Positions 37,101 to 46,123 of a stretch of DNA of 64,000 nucleotides are shown here, one piece after another. The notes beneath the pieces are model-generated. The model saw only the letters and a program-made list of their open reading frames with translations, was not told where the DNA came from and searched no databases. Source of the DNA: an uncultured Chitinophagaceae bacterium (GTDB lineage Bacteria; Bacteroidota; Bacteroidia; Chitinophagales; CAIOSU01); NCBI GenBank assembly GCA_964543705.1, contig CAZIZP010000006.1:16-64015 (forward strand). The letters are read 5' to 3'. A program made the position numbers and the translations under genes. Every line of letters starts with the position of its first letter. Position 1 is the stretch's first letter.

Positions 37101-38918
37101 ACCACTTACTGACCAATTATAAGTTACACCGGCAACATTGGTAACCGAATAGTTTTGAGTGCCTGCACACACATTGGTTTGTCCGCTTATTGCTGAAGGT
37201 TGCGCAGGTGTTCCCGGTTGAACTGTAACTTGTGTAGTAGCAGGCGTGCTATTGCCACATACATTAGTAGCTGTAACGGAAACCGTATAAGAGCCACCCG
37301 CAGTTGTCCAGTTTACAGAAATTGAAGTAGTACCTTGTCCGCTTTGAATAGTACCACCACCACTTACTGTCCATGTATAGCCGGTTGCTCCGCTTACACT
37401 TGCAATTGAATAATTTGCAGTTCCCGCGCAAAGATTTGTATTTCCGGTAATAGCTCCGGGTTGGTTGGGTACACCCGAAGTAACAGTAACCTGCAAAGTT
37501 CTGGCACTACTGGTTCCACAAGTATTTGTTGCAGTTACTGAAATAGTATGTGTTCCGGCTTGTGTCCAGTTGATTGAAATGCTGTTGCCACTACCACTAA
37601 TATTTCCGCCACCACTTACCGACCAGTTATAGGTTGTCCCGGCAACATTGGTTACTGAATAGTTTTGGTTTCCAACACATACATTGGTTTGCCCTGTTAT
37701 TGCCGAAGGTTGCGTAGGTGGCTGTGTAACCGTTACACTTACCGATGCACAATTACTATTACAACCATTCACTACATTCCTTGCTGAATAAGTTGTAGTG
37801 GTACTAGGACTTACATTTACATTGGCACCACTGCCAATAACACCTCCACTACATGAACCTCCGGAATACCACTGTGTATTCGCTCCGGTATTATTTCCGC
37901 TTAATGTAACCTGTGTATTGGGGCAAACCGGATTAGGCGAAAAAGTTAAAGCAGAAGGTGCTGTGGGTGTAGGATTTACAGTAACGGTAGTTTGCACACA
38001 ACTGGTTATGCTGTTTCCATCGCAACCCTGAGTATTAGCTGCAAAATAGGTGGTAGTAGTCGTTGGCGAAACGGTTATAGAAACGCCAGTACCCACTAAT
38101 GTACCACCGCAACTTCCGGTGTACCAACGGGTAGAAGCATTTCCACCTTGGGCGGTTAATGTTGTTGAGCTACCCGAGCAAATAGTAGTTGTACCTGTAA
38201 TAGAGGTTGGCGGGTTTCCGTTTGGGGCAGCGGTAAAAGTCATTCTAATGTTTGCTCTGTTACCTGTTGCCGAAATAAATGAAGGTAAAGCGGTTTCGCT
38301 GGTGGCAAATCTGCATCTTACATCAGAACCGCTGAAATAACTGTATCTCCATCTTGGCCCGTCACTAAGACCTGAACCAATGGCTGCGCCACTATTGTTT
38401 ACTACCAGGATTTGTAAATTATTTACATTGTCGAATAAAAAAGGAGTGTTTAATGTAATGGTGCGCCATCCCTGGTCTCCGCTGCCACCATGATTATAAG
38501 TTCCGTTAAATACCAGTGTATATCCTGACGTTGACCACGATCCGGTAGAAATGGTACTGGCTGAAGTAAGTTTCATATACACCGAAACATTGGGACATGT
38601 TGAAGTAGAAGAATTTTGAGACCCTTTATAAAAAGCAATAGAGGTAATACAACCTGCACTGTTAAAGTTTACCGAGTTTAATTCAGCTTTAGTATAAATA
38701 TATTCGCTAACACTATAGTTAGCAGGTACTGCACCATTGCCATTACGGTCTCTGTAAACAGGGTTTGTAAATATTAATCCGCCTGAAGGAGGACTGCCGG
38801 GGCCAAGATTGTTAGAGTTATAAGGCGCATAGGTAATAGTGGTTTGACCAAAAACACCGGTAACAGAAAATAGCAATAAACAAAGTATAGCAACACTTCT
38901 TAAAAAACCGTTTAACAT
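34137..38918 (-). CDS. Giant T9SS type B adhesin-like protein, paralog of 29229..34040 with an unrelated about 230-aa N-terminal head
   Basis: 1593 aa. Signal peptide ...VTGVFGQ. It has the same PKD-like repeat stalk. Its C-terminal about 330 aa are highly similar to the neighbour (FPNAFTPNNDGRNDVF...LNRWGQELY...WDGTFNGSKVAPGTYFYIL). Confidence 0.9.
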   Translation of the reverse strand: MLNGFLRSVAILCLLLFSVTGVFGQTTITYAPYNSNNLGPGSPPSGGLIFTNPVYRDRNGNGAVPANYSVSEYIYTKAELNSVNFNSAGCITSIAFYKGSQNSSTSTCPNVSVYMKLTSASTISTGSWSTSGYTLVFNGTYNHGGSGDQGWRTITLNTPFLFDNVNNLQILVVNNSGAAIGSGLSDGPRWRYSYFSGSDVRCRFATSETALPSFISATGNRANIRMTFTAAPNGNPPTSITGTTTICSGSSTTLTAQGGNASTRWYTGSCGGTLVGTGVSITVSPTTTTTYFAANTQGCDGNSITSCVQTTVTVNPTPTAPSALTFSPNPVCPNTQVTLSGNNTGANTQWYSGGSCSGGVIGSGANVNVSPSTTTTYSARNVVNGCNSNCASVSVTVTQPPTQPSAITGQTNVCVGNQNYSVTNVAGTTYNWSVSGGGNISGSGNSISINWTQAGTHTISVTATNTCGTSSARTLQVTVTSGVPNQPGAITGNTNLCAGTANYSIASVSGATGYTWTVSGGGTIQSGQGTTSISVNWTTAGGSYTVSVTATNVCGNSTPATTQVTVQPGTPAQPSAISGQTNVCAGTQNYSVTNVAGVTYNWSVSGGGTISGSGNTISINWTQQGTHTISVTASNACGTSTVRILQVSVTAAAPNQPGAITGTTTPCAGQQNYSVPNVSGVTYNWTLSGGGSITSGQGSNAITVNWTTVGGPYTFSVVANNTCGNSTPQTIQVNVQPGAPNQPGAISGNNNICISNQAYSIQPVSGATSYTWSVSGGGSIASGQGSTNININWISGGTYTVSVVATGTCGNSAPSTYSVTVTPNAPTGSGSISGVATVCPGNQTYTVSGLINATSYTWTVPSPGTITSGQSTPTITVNWGATSGTFPVSVVAENVCGSATPVTLNVTVVGGAPATPSAITGNTNPCPGNQTYTIQPVADATNYVWTLNNGGTITAGQGTTSITVDWTTTGGPYTISVIAENACGNSSAAQVQVNVQNGTPLVPGNITGNDVVCPQNENYSIPAVVGADSYTWTLSGGGTIASGQGTNQITVNWTQAGSYTVSVVAGNSCSSSNPVTLAVTVDNAAPATPGNITGTLSSCGSISEVYTIASVANATNYVWTLSGGGTIVSGQGTTQITIDWAATPGNYTLSVLAENNCGSSNTATTTINILEGAPATPGPIFGSLEACAGNIATYSVTEVAGATSYTWAVTVGNAILSGQGTSQISVQWNTAPGTYTLSVSASNTCGSSNVFTATITVNPSPTLPSVSVSNDTICPGETVTITASNSTGGTIAYSFYDEVTGGNLLGVSPLSVTPLTTTTYYLEVTNEFGCRFGNNRIPSTIYVNTPATGLAITAENDSVCFNEGTVLNATASPSSATITWWNSATGGTQLATGNSFVTGNLTTTTIFYAQATTIQGCNNAAGRVPFEVFVNASPDVTLTSDKDNNTVFFNEVITFTALPGGYDNYEFFVNSNSVQSGIENEYASSRFSNNDTIKVVATLNGCSGNIAEAVVRVTDFPNAFTPNNDGRNDVFLKGFDLVILNRWGQELYRGEDGWDGTFNGSKVAPGTYFYILTLKNITDSENIIKGTVLVVKD

Positions 38919-39098
38919 GCAGTTAATTTTATGTACTCACAAATTTATAGGTTGAAGCACAGGTTTGGCGTTAATAGCTAATTTTTACTTTTTAATAAAA
39001 ACAGCTATTGATACGCTAAAAACACTTTATTTATATAAAGCTTATAAAATAAACAGTCAGTTTAGAGTACTAATAATATGCCCTAAATTGTCAAATAT

Positions 39099-39126
39099 TT
39101 TGAAGGATTCACAAACCCTATATTTG
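39099..39126 (+). promoter_or_regulatory. Putative Bacteroidota-type promoter TTTG-N16-TATATTTG upstream of the MazG-like gene
   Basis: A perfect TAnnTTTG lies at about 39119-39126, 21 nt before the ATG at 39148. TTTG lies at about 39099-39102. Confidence 0.4.
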
Positions 39127-39147
39127 TAACATAAACATTATTAAATC

Positions 39148-39513
39148 ATGGATATAAAAACCTATCTCACGCAAAGCGAAAAAACTTTATCAGAACAGTT
39201 TCATGCAAGCGATGCCAAAACTCAAAAGCTATTGCATGCTGCTATTGGATTAACTACTGAAAGTGGTGAATTATTAGACCAAATGAAAAAAGTTATTTTT
39301 TACGGAAAAGAATTAGACCGAACCAATATAAAGGAAGAATTGGGCGACCTGATGTGGTACATGGCTATTATGTTGCGCGAACTGGATTTAGATTTTGAAG
39401 ATGTTTTAGAAGTAAACATCAATAAGCTTAAAGCTCGTTATGGTGAAAAATTTAATTCAGAAGGTGCTCTTAACAGAAATTTAGACAAAGAAAGAGAGAT
39501 ATTAGAGCAGTAA
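39148..39513 (+). CDS. MazG-like nucleoside triphosphate pyrophosphohydrolase domain protein
   Basis: 121 aa. All-alpha, with EELGDLMWY (EExxD/E metal motif) and E..GE upstream, typical of small MazG/dimeric-dUTPase-like proteins. Confidence 0.7.
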   Translation: MDIKTYLTQSEKTLSEQFHASDAKTQKLLHAAIGLTTESGELLDQMKKVIFYGKELDRTNIKEELGDLMWYMAIMLRELDLDFEDVLEVNINKLKARYGEKFNSEGALNRNLDKEREILEQ

Positions 39514-39564
39514 GAATACTTATGATTAAACAAAGAAATTGACCGTTTATTTAATTAAATCGCT

Positions 39565-40140
39565 GTGAAGAAATTTTTTCTTTATACAGTTTTTGTACTT
39601 ACTGCCATTATAGTTGGTGGTAGCGTAGCATTGTATCGCATTACGCACCCTGATGAATCTATTGCTACTATTGTAAACGGCTCGTGGATGGCGCACCGTA
39701 CCATGGACCTTGGTAAAGACAAATTATTTACTGCACAAATTGCCGTGGCTACGCTTTATGCACTTAATCCTTCAGAAGTAATTTACATGGTAGCTGAAAA
39801 AGATGCTGAGGGTAACAAATTAAGTGCCGAACATGATTATATTATTTCAGGAAATAAAAATCACTTAAACGCCCGGTACTGGAGTGTTACTGTTTATGCC
39901 GATGATTATTTTCTCATTCCGAATGAGATGAAAAAGTATTCATTCAACAAATTCAATACTGTATGCGATGATACAGGAAATTTCAACATAACCATTTCTA
40001 AGAATAAAAAAAGTGGCAACTGGATACCCTCTAAAAATGAAGGGCAAATGTATATTCTTTTGCGTATGTACCATGCCGATAAAACAGTGTATGAAAATTT
40101 AGAAACCATTGCTTTACCCAAAATAGAAAAATTGAAATAA
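39565..40140 (+). CDS. DUF1214-like protein (membrane-anchored)
   Basis: 191 aa, GTG start, N-terminal TM helix. ARYWSVTVY...GNWIP...YILLRMYHA resembles DUF1214. It is paired with the DUF1254-like gene that starts at the next nucleotide. Confidence 0.6.
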   Translation: MKKFFLYTVFVLTAIIVGGSVALYRITHPDESIATIVNGSWMAHRTMDLGKDKLFTAQIAVATLYALNPSEVIYMVAEKDAEGNKLSAEHDYIISGNKNHLNARYWSVTVYADDYFLIPNEMKKYSFNKFNTVCDDTGNFNITISKNKKSGNWIPSKNEGQMYILLRMYHADKTVYENLETIALPKIEKLK

Positions 40141-40683
40141 GTGCTAAAAGCTACCTCGATATTTAAGATATTAATCTGGCTAATGATAGCAGCCTGCACT
40201 TATTATACAACAGTGTTTATTACACCTTATGCCATTTTGCTGGGTATAAAACTGAAAACAAAAACTGAATTTAATAAACCCGTTTTCACCAACGTGGTTG
40301 ATGAAACCGAGCGAAGGGTGGTAATGCCCAATCCCGATTTTATTTATGTAGTAATGGGCTACGATGTTAGCCAGCACCCGGTGCGCCTAACCGGACTAAT
40401 GCCCGACAGCACTTATGCCTCGGTAGCCATGTATGCTTCAAACACCGAAAATTATTTTGTATTAAATGACCGTCAGCTGCCACAGAAAAAATTCGATATT
40501 ATTTTAACCAAAGAAATCAATTCTGTGGATGTGTTGCAGGCAAAATATCCCGATTCAGAAATTGTATTGGCAAAAAGCATACGGGGCACCGTGATGATGC
40601 GCATTCTAATTACCGGGAACGAACAGATTGACTATTTGAAATCGATTCAGCAAAGCTTTATGGCTAAAGTGCTAAAAGAATAG
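40141..40683 (+). CDS. DUF1254-like protein (membrane-anchored)
   Basis: 180 aa, GTG start abutting the previous TAA, N-terminal TM helix. The MPNPDFIYVVMGYDV...ASVAMY pattern resembles DUF1254. Confidence 0.6.
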   Translation: MLKATSIFKILIWLMIAACTYYTTVFITPYAILLGIKLKTKTEFNKPVFTNVVDETERRVVMPNPDFIYVVMGYDVSQHPVRLTGLMPDSTYASVAMYASNTENYFVLNDRQLPQKKFDIILTKEINSVDVLQAKYPDSEIVLAKSIRGTVMMRILITGNEQIDYLKSIQQSFMAKVLKE

Positions 40684-40798
40684 GTTTTATTCATTCTAAA
40701 TGTCTCTCTTAGCATATCATTCTATTGGTAACAGATATTTTAACAAATCTTATCAAACAATATATATTGAGGTTTCGTTAATGTGTTAAACCAGTTTT

Positions 40799-41569
40799 AT
40801 GAAATACGTTTTAATATTTATTGCAATTGTATCATTTTCTTCTTGTGCAGTAATTCGTCCGGGCGAAGTGGGTGTTCGCTCTTCTTTTGGAAAACTTAAA
40901 GGCAATATTAAGGAAGGGGGCGTAATGGTTTTCAATCCTTTTGTTACCAGAATAATTAAAATTCCTACCAGAACAATTAACAGAGAACTGGCCATTAGCT
41001 TGCCTTCAAAAGAAGGTTTAACTATACAATCTGACATCTCAATACTATATCATGTAAAAGGCGGAAAAGCAAAAGAGTTGATTACTACAATTGGTACAAG
41101 CTTCGACCCCATTATTACAGCCGTTTTTCGTTCCGCTTCATCAGATGTATGCGCTAGGTATTTTGCAAAAGACATGCATAGCGGACAAAGAGATGCTATA
41201 GAGAAAGAAATTTGCAAAAAAATGAATGATATGTTGCAAGATAAAGGCTTCGAGATAGAAGCAGTACTGCTAAAATCTATTGCGCTACCCCCCGGTTTAG
41301 CAAAAGCTGTTGAAAATAAATTGGAAGCAGAACAACAAGCTCAGCAAATGGAATTTGTTTTAATGAGAGAACAAAAAGAAGCAGAAAGAAAAATTGTTGA
41401 AGCTAAAGGTACTCGTGATGCTCAGCTTATTTTATCAGAAGGCTTAACCGATAAAATTCTGGAGTTAAGAAATATTGAAATGATGCGTGAACTAATAAAA
41501 TCAGGCAATACAAAAGTGATTATTACAGATGGTAAAACGCCCGCTTTTATAAACACTGATAAACCTTAA
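40799..41569 (+). CDS. SPFH/band-7 (prohibitin-family) lipoprotein
   Basis: 256 aa. Lipobox FSSC. VIRPGEVGVRSSFGKL...LTIQSDISILYHV SPFH core, followed by an EAEQQAQQ coiled coil. Confidence 0.8.
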   Translation: MKYVLIFIAIVSFSSCAVIRPGEVGVRSSFGKLKGNIKEGGVMVFNPFVTRIIKIPTRTINRELAISLPSKEGLTIQSDISILYHVKGGKAKELITTIGTSFDPIITAVFRSASSDVCARYFAKDMHSGQRDAIEKEICKKMNDMLQDKGFEIEAVLLKSIALPPGLAKAVENKLEAEQQAQQMEFVLMREQKEAERKIVEAKGTRDAQLILSEGLTDKILELRNIEMMRELIKSGNTKVIITDGKTPAFINTDKP

Positions 41570-41756
41570 TCTAAAGAAATTATTAGTCTCCAAAATAGTT
41601 AAGTTAAATTATGCCTACACTGAAACAAGTGGGTAGAAAACTCAAAAAATAAATTTCAGCACAGAATCTTTAAGCTGAATAAAATTTTAGTAACAAAACT
41701 GACATTAATCAGTTTTAGCCTTTATTTCTATATTGCAAAAGCAATTATTTTCTGTA

Positions 41757-42569
41757 ATGAAAATTATAACCCGGAACATTGAGTTTTTACCTTACAAACC
41801 CATAAGCCACTGGCGCAAACTGGCCATTACCACATGGCGCACTTCTGAAGAGGCCAGTTTTTATGGCTGGATGGATATTGATGCCACTGCAATAAGAAAA
41901 GTAATAAACGATTTTCATAGTAAAGGATTAAAGCTTTCGCCCACAGCCATAGTAGCCAAAGCAGTTGCGGTTGCTATTGCTTCATATCCTAAAGTAAATG
42001 GTGTTATTCGCTTTGGAAGAATTTACCAGCGCAAAAGTGTTGATATATTTTTTCAGGTGGCACCCGATGGCACAGGCGATACCCTTACCGGCATGGTAGT
42101 AAGAAATTGCGATAAAAAATCGCTGCAAGAAATACACGAGGAAATACAACAAAGGGCATCAAGAATAAGAGGTGGCGAAGATGATTTTGCACGTTTCGGA
42201 CACATTATGAATAAACTACCGGCATTTGTAATAGGCTGGCTGCAAAAGCTCGTAAGTTTTTGTGTATATAAACTCAACATTTGGTCGCCCCTGTTTGGCA
42301 TACCCAAAGATGCTTTTGGAAGCGCCATGGTTACATCGGTAGGTATGTTAGGTATTCAGCGGGGGTTTGCACCATTAATGCCTTATGTGGAATGCCCTGC
42401 GATAATTACTGTTGGAAAAATAGAGCAGAAGACTATAGTTGAAAATGGCAAAGTTGAAATTAAAGAAGTATTGCCTCTTTGTGCTACCATGGACCACCGT
42501 ATAGTTGATGGCGTAGGCGTAGCTAATATGCTGAAAACTTTAAAAACCTATTTTGAAAACCCTTTTTGA
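41757..42569 (+). CDS. 2-oxoacid dehydrogenase acyltransferase (E2) catalytic-domain protein without lipoyl domain
   Basis: The catalytic motif MDHRIVDG lies near the C-terminus, and WMDIDAT... marks the start of the CAT-like fold. The track start (TTG 41733) was replaced by ATG MKIITRN. Confidence 0.75.
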   Translation: MKIITRNIEFLPYKPISHWRKLAITTWRTSEEASFYGWMDIDATAIRKVINDFHSKGLKLSPTAIVAKAVAVAIASYPKVNGVIRFGRIYQRKSVDIFFQVAPDGTGDTLTGMVVRNCDKKSLQEIHEEIQQRASRIRGGEDDFARFGHIMNKLPAFVIGWLQKLVSFCVYKLNIWSPLFGIPKDAFGSAMVTSVGMLGIQRGFAPLMPYVECPAIITVGKIEQKTIVENGKVEIKEVLPLCATMDHRIVDGVGVANMLKTLKTYFENPF

Positions 42570-42597
42570 ATGGCAAAGGTGTGTTTTTAAAAAAGAA

Positions 42598-43701
42598 TTA
42601 CCCTACTTTATACACCTTACCCGGCAATGATTTCACTGCACCCTTGAATTCAAGATTTAAAAGATTAGAGGCCACTTCACTCGATGATAGCTGCGATTGT
42701 AAAACAATTTCATCTATACGCATTTCACCGGTAGCTTTCAGCAAATCGTAAACCTGCTTTTCGGTCTCGGTTAAGTCTATGAGCAACTCGTGTTGCTTGG
42801 GCTTGTTTATGTGTTTGCTTTTCCAGCCTAAGATTTCGGGCAGTTCTTCAACATCGTCTAACATAGCAGCTTTGTTGGTTTTAATTAAAAAGTTGCAGCC
42901 CTGCGAGTAAGGTTTATTTATGTTTCCGGGTATGGCAAAAACATCTTTATTATAAGAATCGGCTAATTCGGCAGTAATTACCGAGCCACCTTTGGTTTTG
43001 GTTTCTATTACAATAGTAGCATCTGAAATGCCAGCCACTATTCTGTTTCGAGCCGGAAAATTACCCGGTACAAATTTGGTTTTAGAGGGAAAATCGGTCA
43101 GCAGCCCACCGTTGGCCACCATATGCTTGGCAATGCTTTTGTGCTGTGCCGGATATAAAGTATCTAAACCATGTGCCAAAACTCCTACAGTTGGTAAGCC
43201 TACTTCTACACATTTTTTATGAGCGCAAACATCAATACCATAGGCAAGTCCGCTAACCACCAAGACATTATAAGGAGCTAAAGTTTCAATTAATTTTTCA
43301 CAAACCGATTTGCCGTAATCAGTTGCATTTCTAGTGCCCACAATGCTTACAATTTTTGAATTATTTAAATCGGCATTGCCTAAATAATATAGTATAAATG
43401 GTGCATCGTAACAATGCATTAATCTTTGCGGGAAACTTTTATCGGTATAGAAAAGCACTTGTATTTTATGCTTTTCAATAAACTCTAATTCAGCGGCTGC
43501 TTTTTCTAATGCCTCTGCTTTACTTTCTATTATTTGGCTTGAAAACTTCTCTCCTATTCCGGGTACTTTATCAAGCTTTGCTTTGCTTGCATTAAAAACA
43601 GCTTCAGCCCCGCCACAATAACTCACCAGGTTTCGTGCGCTGATATCGCCTACGTTTTTCAGGAAAGACAACCCTACCTTATATAGCAAATCATTATTCA
43701 T
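42598..43701 (-). CDS. dprA: DNA-processing protein DprA (Smf)
   Basis: 367 aa. SIVGTRNATDYG...SGLAYGIDVCAHKKC...TVGVLAHGLDTLYP...GGLLTDFP...RNRIVAGISDATIVIE plus a C-terminal winged-helix region. Confidence 0.92.
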   Translation of the reverse strand: MNNDLLYKVGLSFLKNVGDISARNLVSYCGGAEAVFNASKAKLDKVPGIGEKFSSQIIESKAEALEKAAAELEFIEKHKIQVLFYTDKSFPQRLMHCYDAPFILYYLGNADLNNSKIVSIVGTRNATDYGKSVCEKLIETLAPYNVLVVSGLAYGIDVCAHKKCVEVGLPTVGVLAHGLDTLYPAQHKSIAKHMVANGGLLTDFPSKTKFVPGNFPARNRIVAGISDATIVIETKTKGGSVITAELADSYNKDVFAIPGNINKPYSQGCNFLIKTNKAAMLDDVEELPEILGWKSKHINKPKQHELLIDLTETEKQVYDLLKATGEMRIDEIVLQSQLSSSEVASNLLNLEFKGAVKSLPGKVYKVG

Positions 43702-43818
43702 TATTGCGAAATTAAAATGAAAATTAACGATTGCAACAACCGGGTTTCAGCCTGAACAACAACTACTCATTTTTTTGCTTAATTTTAATATCATTCTATT
43801 TATTCCACAAGAAATTAT

Positions 43819-46116
43819 ATGAGAGTAATTATTATTTCAGCCCTAACCATCATGTCTTTGTTTGTTGTTGCACAACCGTGTACTACTACTAATGCTTCGG
43901 GCTGCAGCTGCCCCGATGGAAGAGACACCTGTGTGCTGCTTCCCGACTTAAATATTTCGTGGCTGGCCATTACCGATTATAAAAGCGGGCCCAATGAATT
44001 TTCGCAAACCGGTAATGCCAATGGCAATAATGGTCGCTTACGCTTAACCGGTGCAACACCCAATATTGGTTATGGTTCTTTCACGGTTCGTGGCAGTAAT
44101 TATTTTCTATGCGGAACAGACACTGTTTTTAGTGCTAACAGAAACCCAACCTGTTCTAACGGTCTAGCTCCTACTAATTTATTGTATCAAAGAATTTATA
44201 AGAAAATGGGCAACACCATGACTTATGAAGATGTGTTTACCGGTGGGCAAACTTTTCACCCTACACACGGGCATAACCATGTGGATGATTGGGTGGTGTT
44301 TACTTTAAGAATGGAAGACCCTAATAACCCCGATACCCTTTCTTGGCCCATTGTTGGCGAAGGAGCAAAAATTGGCTTCTGCTTAATGGATTATAATAGC
44401 TGCAACGACTATCCCGGTTATTGTCGCGACAATCAAATGTATCAAATGGGTAATGCACTTACTCAGCCAAATTTTCCCAACTATGGTCTTGGTGGCGGGC
44501 AGTATAATTGCTCGCCTGTTGAACAAGGGATTTCTTCAGGCTTTATGGATATTTACGATGAAGACTTAGATGGCATGTGGATTAATATTCCGCCCGGCAC
44601 TTGCAATGGCAACTACTGGATAGTAGCACAAGTTGACCCTTTAAACAGTTTTCTTGAAAGCGATGAAACCAATAACTGGACAGCAGTGCCCGTTACACTT
44701 ACTAAACAAACCCCTGCCGGAAATGCAGTTGCAACAGTAGATTTAAGCGGAGAAAGATATTTATGTAATGGCCAGTCGCTTACTTTAACGGCCAATCTTG
44801 CTTCAAGTTATTTATGGAGCAATGGCGAAACCACACGTTCTATTACTGTTCAGGATGGTGGTAATTATTCAGTACAAATAAATACTGCCTGTGGCAGTGC
44901 AACTTCTTCGGTAATAGAAGTAGTAAAAAGTAATATTGACTTTGTTACTTTAAAAGGCGATACTTCTTGTCAATCGAGAAACATGATTTTAACGGCAGAA
45001 GGCAATGCAACTACCTTATGGTATGATAGCGATACTTCGGAAGTTGAAATTTATTCAGGGGCAATATTTGAAACACCTGTTTTAAACAACACTAAAACTT
45101 ATTATGCTGAACTGAAAGAAATTATTGAATCGCAAACCTATTACAGCGCGCCCACTAACCATAGCGGCACGAGTAATTTTAGTGGCACACAATATAATGG
45201 CTCAATTATCTTCGATGCCTATCAATCATTTATTCTGAAAACGGTAAAAGTATATTCTGATATTGAAGCGGTAAGAATTATTGAGTTAAGAGACATGTTT
45301 GATAATGTACTGCAATCTAAAACAATAAACATAATGCCCGGCATGAGCCGAATAACTTTAAACTTTGAAGTGCCTGCAGGAATAGATCTACGATTAGGCA
45401 CTAATACCGACAATAATTTACAGTTATTTGGTTTTGAAAGCCCTCAATTAAGAAGAAGCAGTTCCGGTGTTAATTATCCTTATACCATTACCGATGTAGT
45501 TTCACTTAAAGACTCGCCTAATGGTAGCTCATTTTATTATTATTTCTACGATTGGGAAATTTACAGGGAAGTGTCGTGCATATCGGAAAGAGTACCTGTT
45601 ACCGCTTTATTCAATAATGTTCCTCAGGTTACATTTACTTTAACAGATACATTGTTTGAAATGAATTCCGGGGTGGTGTCTTTAACAGGTAATCCGGCAG
45701 GTGGTACCTTTTCAGGCCAGGGGGTTTCCGGAAATACTTTTAACCCTGCACTTGCCGGGGTTGGCGGGCCTTACACCATTACTTATAATTATACTGAACC
45801 CAATTCAGCCTGCTCAAACTTTGCAACGCAAGCAGTAAGCGTATATGAAAACCCTACAGGAGTTATCAGCTACAATGATATTACACTTCATGTTTATCCT
45901 AACCCGGCAAAAAAAACACTACAGCTTCACTTTAATAAAAATTTCAGCAAAGCAGCAATACAACTCTACAATACCTTAGGGGCTTTAGTAAAAACTTATA
46001 TGGTTGCTGATGAAAAAAATATTCAGTTGCCGATTGAAGATTTACATACAGGCTTGTATTTTGGCGATGTAATAATAGAAGGGAAAAATTATCCGTTCAG
46101 ATTTTTGAAACATTAA
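43819..46116 (+). CDS. Secreted lysyl-oxidase-like (LOX catalytic domain) protein with Ig-like repeats and T9SS type A sorting domain
   Basis: 765 aa with signal peptide ...LFVVAQ. HPTHGHNHVDDW aligns with LOX WHSCHQHYHSMDEF. GAKIGFCLMDY aligns with GHKASFCLEDT. GFMDIYDEDLDGMWINIP...GNYWIVAQVDPLNSFLESDETNNW aligns with GCYDTYGADIDCQWIDIT...[24 protein letters not shown]. C-terminal HVYPNPAKKTLQL tail. Confidence 0.8.
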   Translation: MRVIIISALTIMSLFVVAQPCTTTNASGCSCPDGRDTCVLLPDLNISWLAITDYKSGPNEFSQTGNANGNNGRLRLTGATPNIGYGSFTVRGSNYFLCGTDTVFSANRNPTCSNGLAPTNLLYQRIYKKMGNTMTYEDVFTGGQTFHPTHGHNHVDDWVVFTLRMEDPNNPDTLSWPIVGEGAKIGFCLMDYNSCNDYPGYCRDNQMYQMGNALTQPNFPNYGLGGGQYNCSPVEQGISSGFMDIYDEDLDGMWINIPPGTCNGNYWIVAQVDPLNSFLESDETNNWTAVPVTLTKQTPAGNAVATVDLSGERYLCNGQSLTLTANLASSYLWSNGETTRSITVQDGGNYSVQINTACGSATSSVIEVVKSNIDFVTLKGDTSCQSRNMILTAEGNATTLWYDSDTSEVEIYSGAIFETPVLNNTKTYYAELKEIIESQTYYSAPTNHSGTSNFSGTQYNGSIIFDAYQSFILKTVKVYSDIEAVRIIELRDMFDNVLQSKTINIMPGMSRITLNFEVPAGIDLRLGTNTDNNLQLFGFESPQLRRSSSGVNYPYTITDVVSLKDSPNGSSFYYYFYDWEIYREVSCISERVPVTALFNNVPQVTFTLTDTLFEMNSGVVSLTGNPAGGTFSGQGVSGNTFNPALAGVGGPYTITYNYTEPNSACSNFATQAVSVYENPTGVISYNDITLHVYPNPAKKTLQLHFNKNFSKAAIQLYNTLGALVKTYMVADEKNIQLPIEDLHTGLYFGDVIIEGKNYPFRFLKH

Positions 46117-46123
46117 TTCAGGC

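Noticed and set aside
29514-38340. About 20 antisense or off-frame ORFs of 60-109 aa inside the two giant adhesin genes. Similar ORFs lie inside 2538..7316, 8565..13529 and 21650..24619.
   Set aside because: They are fully nested in long ORFs with clear domain structure and have low-complexity compositions typical of shadow frames in repeat-rich genes.
40180-43222. Small ORFs that lie antisense to, or overlap, the DUF1254-like, SPFH, E2-like and dprA genes (40180..40377 -, 40786..41037 -, 42053..42328 -, 42566..42751 +, 42992..43222 +).
   Set aside because: Each overlaps a gene with recognisable family motifs, and none has features of its own.
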